A stretch of DNA of 64,000 bases from a virus: UHGV virus genome UHGV-1373641; one strand, written 5' to 3'. Shown in pieces: positions 57,654 to 64,000 of the stretch. The notes beneath the pieces are model-generated. The model saw only the letters and a program-made list of their open reading frames with translations. It did not search any database and had not been told where the DNA came from. The position numbers and the translations under genes were made by a program. The stretch's first letter is position 1. Each line of letters begins with the position of its first letter.

Positions 57654-58037
57654 ATGAACCAGATCACTATCACCGTAGACAAGCATGTAGGCATTATCTT
57701 TAAGTCTCCGTTCGGCGTCTGTACCTTGTCGCATGATGTCGAGTTTAGAGATGTTCCTTGTTCTCCGGAAAACCCCGAGGGCTACGAGGAAGAACCCTAC
57801 GCGCTGATAAGCGGCATTGATGTAAGCCGTGGACATCGTCGTCAAGGGCATGGTAGGGCATTGCTTCGCGCCGCTATAGACTATGCAAAGAGGGAGTTTC
57901 CGCACCTTCCTTTGAGGCTTTCGGCTGTCCCTGATTCTGACGATGTGAGCCTTAAAGCCCTCATTGATTTTTACACTAGTGAGGGATTCGAGGCGATTGA
58001 GACAGTTCCTGTAGTCTGCATGGAATATCGGGGCTAA
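57654..58037 (+). CDS. GNAT-family N-acetyltransferase
   Basis: Acetyl-CoA motif RRQGHGRALL. 127 aa. Confidence 0.55.
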   Translation: MNQITITVDKHVGIIFKSPFGVCTLSHDVEFRDVPCSPENPEGYEEEPYALISGIDVSRGHRRQGHGRALLRAAIDYAKREFPHLPLRLSAVPDSDDVSLKALIDFYTSEGFEAIETVPVVCMEYRG

Positions 58038-58126
58038 CAATCAAAAAAGTTGTTGACGACATTCATAGATTCCGATAAAGTCTTTTCAACGATTCAGGAA
58101 ACTATTCAACAAAAGAGGTTATCAAG

Positions 58127-58453
58127 ATGAAGCTTACTACCGCTTGCCGTAACTACCTTTCCGCGTCTTTTGACGCTAAGTCCCTTGCTTTTGCTAACCT
58201 TACCTTGCGAAAGACTGGTGTTCGCATCGAATCCCGGCGTGTAGGCGTCAAGTCCCGTGTCTACGTTGCCGTTGGCGGCGGCGTCAATGGCATTTCTGGG
58301 AAAAGCATTTCTGACGTTATGCGCCAGATTGTAGCGCAGGACGAAAACACGAATTTTCTCGGGTTCCTGAACAGCGTTCTTCATATGTGTGGGTTCATGG
58401 CGTTGCCGTGTGTAGCTTTTACTGCCCTTCATAGCGCTGTCTCCTATCTGTAA
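58127..58453 (+). CDS. Hypothetical protein
   Basis: 108 aa. Conserved AAAGAGGTTATCAAGATG start context and own TTGACG-17-TAAAGT promoter. Confidence 0.35.
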   Translation: MKLTTACRNYLSASFDAKSLAFANLTLRKTGVRIESRRVGVKSRVYVAVGGGVNGISGKSISDVMRQIVAQDENTNFLGFLNSVLHMCGFMALPCVAFTALHSAVSYL

Positions 58454-58693
58454 ATCACGCGGAAAAAAAAGGGGGGGGTTACCATGTATAAAGGATCTGC
58501 CATAAGCAAGCTATCTTTCAAGCGTAACGCAAGCGTAGCTCTATCTCGTGTCGCGCTAACGATTGCCTTTATTGTCGTGGTGATCTCCCCTTTTTTCGCT
58601 AGAATCTTTTTCTAAAAAATCAGAATTTTTTGTTGACAGAAAAATATAAAATCGGTAGATTGATTTCAACGAAACAGCAAAGAGGTTATCACC

Positions 58694-59104
58694 ATGAAAG
58701 TTATTGACATTCGAAAGGTTATTGAATCCCTTCCCGCCGAACGCTCCGCATGGCGCAGGGGAGTTCGGCAGTACGCTATGGACCTTATCGAAGATTTACC
58801 TGATTTTCAGGATCTTAACCCTGAAAATAGTCGTGGGGTTCTTCTTAATGGCGCGGTGTCGTGGAAGGAATGGGCTTATAGCGGGTATGGGCTTGTGTAT
58901 GACTGCGCAATTGCTGAAAGGTTGTGCACGCCGTCCGAGCTTCACAAGAAACGCGGCGGGGAACTTGAACCTAACTTACACGAATCTTGGCTTGACGTTG
59001 AAGCTCGTGCCGTAAGTCAGGCCGCCGCCGCGATTAAGGTCATAGTTTCCGTAGGACAACTTAAGGCGGGTAAAAAGCTCCTGTTGACAGTAAGTCCTTT
59101 TTAG
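58694..59104 (+). CDS. Hypothetical protein
   Basis: 136 aa. AAAGAGGTTATCACCATG context and promoter TTGACA-17-TAGATT at 58632. Confidence 0.4.
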   Translation: MKVIDIRKVIESLPAERSAWRRGVRQYAMDLIEDLPDFQDLNPENSRGVLLNGAVSWKEWAYSGYGLVYDCAIAERLCTPSELHKKRGGELEPNLHESWLDVEARAVSQAAAAIKVIVSVGQLKAGKKLLLTVSPF

Positions 59105-59158
59105 TCTAGGGTCAATTTCAACACAACAACACTTTAACTACATAAAGAGGTTATTATC

Positions 59159-59477
59159 ATGCACAAGCGTATTTATCTTTCCGACTTTATGGAAGCCTTT
59201 GACGACCACGGGCTCAATGATCAATTTTCCCCCGCCGCTCTTGAAGCCCTGTTTGAATTCTTTGAAGAACTTGAGGATGAAACCGGGGAACTTGTGGAAC
59301 TGGACGTTTGTCGCTATCTGTTGCTCTTTTACGGAATATGACAGTCCGCAGGATTGCGCCGAAGATATGTTTCTTGACGTTGAAGGCATGGAGGATAGGG
59401 ATATCATTAGCCTTCTTCAAGAACGAACTATTGTTATCCCGCTTAAATCCGGCGGCATTGTGATTCAGAATTATTAA
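59159..59477 (+). pseudogene. Small acidic protein gene split by a -1 frame change at a T-run (59325..59332)
   Basis: ORF 59159..59341 (60 aa) continues in the +1 frame as ...EYDSPQDCAEDMFLDVEGMEDRD... to 59477. Conserved AAAGAGGTTATTATCATG start. Confidence 0.3.
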
Positions 59478-59575
59478 AAAAAAGCTCTTGACTCTGATAA
59501 AAGAAGGGTATATACCCTTCTTTAGAATGATGCAGGAACTTTTCAAAAATGAGCTTTAACGAAAGAGGTTTTATC

Positions 59576-59932
59576 ATGGGCTGGACAGTATCGAACATCG
59601 TAGCGGATACCAGAGCCAAGGCCGTAAAAGCTGATATTCTGTTCCAAATGAGTGGAAGCAAAGTCATTTATGTATCCAACTGCGCCTTATCCACTATTTT
59701 CGTAGCATATTGCGAAAAAGGGGAAGTCCGCGGCATCGTGGTAAAGGCTACAGCAAAGAAAAGCTTTTACAGTAGCTTGCGGGAAGTTACAACAAAATTT
59801 ATCCCGCTGGAAATGGGGCCTTTTGATTACGCTTGCCCGAAAAAATTTCTTGACATGATCACGCCTCCCACGGTACAAGAAAAGTACTTTCTGAACTGGT
59901 ACTTGAACGCTTGCAAGTATCACGGGATCTAA
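59576..59932 (+). CDS. Hypothetical protein
   Basis: Start MGWTVSN after AAAGAGGTTTTATCATG. Promoter TTGACT-17-TATACC overlapped by palindrome GAAGGGTATATACCCTTC. Confidence 0.4.
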   Translation: MGWTVSNIVADTRAKAVKADILFQMSGSKVIYVSNCALSTIFVAYCEKGEVRGIVVKATAKKSFYSSLREVTTKFIPLEMGPFDYACPKKFLDMITPPTVQEKYFLNWYLNACKYHGI

Positions 59933-59978
59933 CTAAAAATTCTTTTCATATCCTGTTAAATTTAAAGAGGTTATCAAA

Positions 59979-60962
59979 ATGAGAAGTTACGTTACTGTTA
60001 AAGCTCCTAAGTCTTACGTCCGGGATTTCTATAACCGCATGATCACAGAAAAGGGGGTTGACTTCCTTTTTCGTGGGATTTATGCAGAGGTGAACTTTCG
60101 TCTTGAGCATGGAGATCCTGTTTACTACTTGCACCGGGCTTGCATCGTGAAGAAGGCAAGCGACGATAGGGAAACCTATACCGTATTCAATTATGATACT
60201 CGAAAGAATGAAAAGATCTCTTTCGTAGATATCCTTGACTTTGCCTTTTGGGATGAGGCCGGGGCAAAGGCCGTATCCGACAAGCTCTTGAATCGCTTGA
60301 CTTTTCTGCTCGACATGGACGGGGGTGCTTGTCTTGATGACTGGATTGCTCCTCTTTTGCCGTTCCTGAACATCGAATGCCCGAATTGCCAAGAGCGCGG
60401 ATTTATTGACGTTTGGGACACGATTCTTGATCTTACTGTGAAGTATGAAGTAAATCAACCCGTTGAATCCTACTTTGAAAAGCGCAAAAATGAGATCATG
60501 AAGGATATAATGGATCTCTACTGTGGTCACAAGGTAGAATCTGTATACAAGTACAGCGATATTGAAATGGTTCCTTGCTTCCACGATTTACTCCCCAATC
60601 TGCATATTGGAGATATCTTTGCTGGCTCATGGGGCTACAATATGACCATTCCCCATATTTTCCAGATAGTTGCATTCTCTGATTCTGGGAAGTGCGCTAT
60701 CATGAAGCAAATACCGTACCAGCCAGATCCCGAAAGCCCTTTCTCTGGGACAGGAAAAATTCAAGGTCTGGAAGCAAGTACCATAGCTTATATCCGGGAA
60801 GAAGCAAAGAAAAACGGCGGCTTTAACCCTAAGAAATTCATAAGGAAAAAGATTCAGGTGACAAATGGTGTTGCATATCCGCAGTACTATATCGCAACCA
60901 GCAAAACAACCCTGTTCAAGGCGAATGACGGGGATGCAATCCCCTATAACCTTGTGGATTAA
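59979..60962 (+). CDS. Hypothetical protein (327 aa) with paired Cys motif CPNCQERG
   Basis: AAAGAGGTTATCAAAATG start context. Largest gene of the block. Confidence 0.4.
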   Translation: MRSYVTVKAPKSYVRDFYNRMITEKGVDFLFRGIYAEVNFRLEHGDPVYYLHRACIVKKASDDRETYTVFNYDTRKNEKISFVDILDFAFWDEAGAKAVSDKLLNRLTFLLDMDGGACLDDWIAPLLPFLNIECPNCQERGFIDVWDTILDLTVKYEVNQPVESYFEKRKNEIMKDIMDLYCGHKVESVYKYSDIEMVPCFHDLLPNLHIGDIFAGSWGYNMTIPHIFQIVAFSDSGKCAIMKQIPYQPDPESPFSGTGKIQGLEASTIAYIREEAKKNGGFNPKKFIRKKIQVTNGVAYPQYYIATSKTTLFKANDGDAIPYNLVD

Positions 60963-61119
60963 TTCAATTTTCAATAAGTAAATCAATCATTCAATTACTA
61001 AATCACGTCAATACGATTTTTCTACATGAAAAAGTATTAACGTGATTTAGTAATTTCTGTATTGTGTCTTTGTTGGCAACGGGGAATATTCCTTGAACAC
61101 TAAAAAAGAGGTTACTATA

Positions 61120-61386
61120 ATGTTTATTAAAGATTTGAAGGACGGCGTTGTTTTTCGCGTTGAGGGTGATATTCCTGCGGAGTTTAAGGGCGGTGATATT
61201 GTCAATGCTTGCGATCGTGTGGAAGGTAACTCTTGCGTAGGCTTGACTAGCGTAAAGATTAGCCGAGCTAAGGGCCTCCCCCGTGGCTGGAAAACTATGT
61301 GCGATTGCTACGTAGCGCAATGGGACGGCCAGCACAGTATCTTTGTTTTTGTCGAAAACGAGCCCATTTTCCCGGACTGGTATTAA
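61120..61386 (+). CDS. Hypothetical protein
   Basis: Start MFIKDLK after AAAGAGGTTACTATAATG. Confidence 0.4.
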   Translation: MFIKDLKDGVVFRVEGDIPAEFKGGDIVNACDRVEGNSCVGLTSVKISRAKGLPRGWKTMCDCYVAQWDGQHSIFVFVENEPIFPDWY

Positions 61387-61403
61387 AAAGGTAGGTCGCG
61401 AAT

Positions 61404-61682
61404 ATGAAAAGTTATTCTGAGATTGTTATGTCGCACATAGACGGCGTTATGAGGGATTGCGCTAAGGGCAACTTTAGCAACGATTTTGCTATTCAAAAAA
61501 TTAAGGCTGTGGTAGAGGCATATACCGTATATAAAAACTGTCTTGCAAAGGTAGAGGGTGTAAAGGACCGTGCCGCAATGATTCGTGCGGAACTGAGGGA
61601 AGTAGAAAGAGACTTTGACGCGGAGTGCCATGAGCGCGACGACGCGCTTGAGGCTCTTGATTCCATGCTTGACGGTATATAA
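61404..61682 (+). CDS. Hypothetical protein
   Basis: 92-aa ORF, RBS AAAAGGTAGGTCGCGAATATG. Confidence 0.35.
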   Translation: MKSYSEIVMSHIDGVMRDCAKGNFSNDFAIQKIKAVVEAYTVYKNCLAKVEGVKDRAAMIRAELREVERDFDAECHERDDALEALDSMLDGI

Positions 61683-61776
61683 CGGATTCTAATAAAACGG
61701 GAAATTTCTATTTCCCGTTTTAAACTGGACTCGTTATAACAGCCTTTGAAAATCTGAAAAAAGAGGTTATTCTATT

Positions 61777-62499
61777 ATGGAAAGTAGATTTTTTGGTCGT
61801 CGGTTCTCCCCCGTCAGTACTTTGCACATGATTAAAGAATACAAGGGAATGCGTTCCTATCATGAGAAAACGCCAGATAGGAAAAACTATATTCAGGGGC
61901 TAGGCGTATATATTGGAGATCCGTTTGCTAAGGGCAACTCCAAACTTGCAAAAAATATTCTTATATTTGACTTGCTTGCTGTTGATACGTGCCTGAACTG
62001 CGCCGATTGTGCGGGGTTTTGTTATGCTCGGAAGGCGCAACGGCAATATGCCCCAACTTATAACAAACGGCTTTTCCATACGTATCTTGCCTTCAATGAC
62101 CTTGCGTGTCTTGAACGTATCACATCGGATTCATTGAAAAAGTCCGACCGTCCTTTTGTGCGGATTCATTCCTCTGGTGATTTTGTTTCACAAGCGTATG
62201 TCAATATGTGGAAACGGATAGCCGATAAATTCCCGAAAAAGCGTTTCTACTTTTATACGAAAGTGTCAGAAATTTTTGACTTTTCGGAATTTGTGGCGCT
62301 TCCCAATGTGAACATGGTCGAATCTGTGTTGCCGGATGGATCTATCAACTTTGGGGATGAATCCTACATTCAGGAGAAAAGTCAAATATTTGGCTATCAT
62401 ATATGCCCATATGGTAGGGAAGGCTATGCCCCGGTTCACTGCGGGGATGAGTGCACGCTTTGCATGGAAAAGCCGCATATTTTGTTTAAACTGCATTAA
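61777..62499 (+). CDS. Cys-cluster protein (CLNCADCAGFCYA)
   Basis: 240 aa. N-terminal C-x2-C-x2-C-x3-C cluster and C-terminal CGDECTLC. Preceded by terminator 61695..61724 and AAAGAGGTTATTCTATTATG. Confidence 0.4.
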   Translation: MESRFFGRRFSPVSTLHMIKEYKGMRSYHEKTPDRKNYIQGLGVYIGDPFAKGNSKLAKNILIFDLLAVDTCLNCADCAGFCYARKAQRQYAPTYNKRLFHTYLAFNDLACLERITSDSLKKSDRPFVRIHSSGDFVSQAYVNMWKRIADKFPKKRFYFYTKVSEIFDFSEFVALPNVNMVESVLPDGSINFGDESYIQEKSQIFGYHICPYGREGYAPVHCGDECTLCMEKPHILFKLH

Positions 62500-62513
62500 T
62501 TCAGATAGTTAAA

Positions 62514-62538
62514 GGCGGAAGGGATCTACCCTTCCGCC
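62514..62538 (+). terminator. Intrinsic terminator
   Basis: GGCGGAAGGG-ATCTA-CCCTTCCGCC hairpin. Confidence 0.5.
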
Positions 62539-62656
62539 TGTTAGTAGTTTCTTTGTATTACATGATGCAAGGGCTCTTTTGTTATATCTGTATCAGATAT
62601 TCTATAAAGGGAATCTTGTATCTTGTGGTATAAAGAAAGGCATCTTTGCGCATGTG

Positions 62657-62770
62657 CACGGTACAGCTTGAGCACGGTACAGCTTGAGCACGGTACAGCT
62701 TGAGCACGGTACAGCTTGAGCACGGTACAGCTTGAGCACGGTACAGCTTGAGCACGGTACAGCTTGCCCG
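62657..62770. repeat. Perfect 16-bp tandem repeat CACGGTACAGCTTGAG x7
   Basis: Direct reading; units at 62657, 62673, ... 62753. No spacers. Confidence 0.85.
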
Positions 62771-63059
62771 TATCCATGAGAAAGAAAAAAGACGCTCACA
62801 AATGCCGATTTAAGAAGCGATTTATTGAAACGTAAAGGATAACCCATGAAAGAAACAAAAAGGCCGCATAATCGATTTATGAAGGAACAAAGGGATAGGC
62901 AATGAAACATAACACTATCACGAAAAGAAAAGCATGGGCGGCGTCTAATGTATAAGCTCGCGTCTTTGCACAGTCGTGCCTCACCTTGCGGCGTCCCGCT
63001 CCCGCATCTGTGGGCGCGCTCTTGCTCTGTACCCGTGAAGCAACATTGGTTGCGTGTAC

Positions 63060-63125
63060 AATCAATCTATTCTGATTGTGCAATCAATCAACCTACCTTG
63101 GTTGAGCGAGCAATCAATCAAGGTC
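63060..63125. repeat. Three spaced copies of GCAATCAATCAA
   Basis: Direct reading. Confidence 0.4.
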
Positions 63126-63135
63126 GCGTGCGCTC

Positions 63136-63335
63136 TAATACAAGGTGGGGGACTCGATCCAAGCTAACATTTTTGGGGCAGGTGGGGAATGCCAGCCGAG
63201 CTAACGTAAACGAAAGAGGTGGGGGATGCGAGGCAAGCTAACATTTTTGGACGAGGTGGGGATCTCGATCCAAGCTAACATTTTTGGGACAGGTGGGGAG
63301 TATTTTCGGAGCTAAAATTTTTTCATAAAATAGAA
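63136..63335. repeat. Five degenerate ~38-bp direct repeats (AGGTGGGGR-N8-10-AGCTAACATTTTTGG)
   Basis: Copies start near 63143, 63182, 63221, 63258, 63294. Confidence 0.6.
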
Positions 63336-63396
63336 AATTTTGTTGCATGAAAACTCAAAGTAGGGTAGGTTGATCTTAACACAAGGAGATGAGGTA

Positions 63397-63885
63397 ATGA
63401 AAGATAACTCGGAAACTCGTCATTTCATAGGATACCTTCACACGCATAATATCACAGGTGTTATCATTGGTGTTGATTCCAATGAAATTCTTGGTTTCGT
63501 AAAATCGTTTGTAACCAATCGCCGGGACAGAGTTAAAGCGGGGATGCTTGAGGTTTTTAATTCCAATAAAGGCGAATTTGAACCTGCTGTGATGCTCGTA
63601 GAAAAGGTAAAGTTCTCCTTTAATTTTGAAAACACGAAAAAGTATTGGAAGAGTGGAGGGCGTGAGATTTTTATATATAGGTCCAGATTACCTTATAGAG
63701 GAACTCCGTATTTTGTAAAAGAGAATGGTGCTTTGAGTGATACGCGGATGCAAATGTATATCAGAAATTACCGCGAAGCAAATAACGGTGCAAATCATGG
63801 AAGAACAAATCAATGGATTGTTCCTCCGGGAATTTTGGGTGGTGAGATATGGAGGCAGAAGCGAAAAGAATTTAATAAATCATAA
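63397..63885 (+). CDS. Hypothetical protein
   Basis: Start MKDNSETRHF after AAGGAGATGAGGTAATG. Confidence 0.35.
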   Translation: MKDNSETRHFIGYLHTHNITGVIIGVDSNEILGFVKSFVTNRRDRVKAGMLEVFNSNKGEFEPAVMLVEKVKFSFNFENTKKYWKSGGREIFIYRSRLPYRGTPYFVKENGALSDTRMQMYIRNYREANNGANHGRTNQWIVPPGILGGEIWRQKRKEFNKS

Positions 63886-64000
63886 AATCACGAAGTCATA
63901 AAATCACGAAGTCATAAAATCACGAAGTCATAAAATCACGAAGTCATAAAATCACGAAGTCATAAAATCACGAAATCATAAAATCACGAAATCATAAAAT
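63880..64000. repeat. 16-bp tandem repeat TCATAAAATCACGAAG x7 (last copies GAAATC variant), running off the window end
   Basis: Direct reading. Confidence 0.85.

Noticed and set aside
62657-62770. Possible CRISPR array (regular 16-bp repeats). A second 16-bp array lies at 63880..64000.
   Set aside because: Units are directly abutting with no unique spacers, and 16 bp is too short for CRISPR repeats. These are simple tandem repeats.
62541-63241. ORFs 62541..62777, 62602..62910, 62877..63083 and 62948..63241
   Set aside because: They are translated straight through tandem repeat arrays (repetitive peptide QAVPCSSCTVLKLYRA...). These are artefacts of the repeats.
1-64000. Prophage boundaries, integrase, repressor/Cro switch
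   Set aside because: No tyrosine or serine recombinase motifs, no att-like tRNA 3' duplications at the edges, and no flanking bacterial genes. The window looks entirely phage. Lifestyle cannot be decided from this segment.

Overview
This 64-kb window reads as part of the genome of a large tailed dsDNA phage. The host is probably Gram-positive-like, judged by AAAGAGG-type ribosome-binding sites. No integrase or attachment site is visible.

Content, left to right:
- 1-20.8 kb, minus strand: a lambda/HK97-like structural module. In order: a partial tail fibre running off the window edge, a 1747-aa gpI/gpJ-like host-specificity protein, K-, L- and M-like tail tip proteins, a tape measure protein, a G/GT chaperone pair with an A_AAA_AAC slip site, major tail protein, neck proteins, HK97 major capsid protein, prohead protease and portal.
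- 21-29.5 kb, minus strand: a nucleotide-metabolism block. It holds NrdD with a LAGLIDADG intein, NrdG, dUTPase, a divergent ThyX-like protein, a P-loop kinase and RtcB RNA ligase.
- 29.5-39.3 kb, minus strand: a replication and recombination module. It holds family A DNA polymerase with a second intein, RdgC-like protein, HU, an SSB-like protein, a Cas4-like DUF2800 nuclease and an SNF2 helicase.
- 39.4-51.4 kb, plus strand: a Dam-like MT-A70 methylase, a Rha-type regulator, a Dda/RecD-like helicase and a primase-polymerase/D5-like helicase. Downstream lie an iteron plus GATC-array region that is a candidate origin, a RuvC-like resolvase and a tandem paralog family.
- 51.5-53.2 kb: a lysis cassette with an M15 endolysin and holin-like proteins.
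- 53.7-56.5 kb, minus strand: the most unusual locus. It contains five tRNA genes and a tRNA-like element with a deleted anticodon arm. That element sits immediately 3' of a Ro60/TROVE-like vWA protein gene, which has a structured repeat-bearing leader. With RtcB elsewhere in the window, this may be a phage Ro60 / Y-RNA-like / RNA-repair system.
- 56.5-64 kb: a P27-family small terminase with no large terminase in the window. It is followed by a plus-strand block of small genes that share a near-identical AAAGAGGTTATCA-ATG initiation context. Several distinct tandem repeat arrays flank that block.

All calls are from manual reading of the sequence and ORF track. No searches or folding were run.
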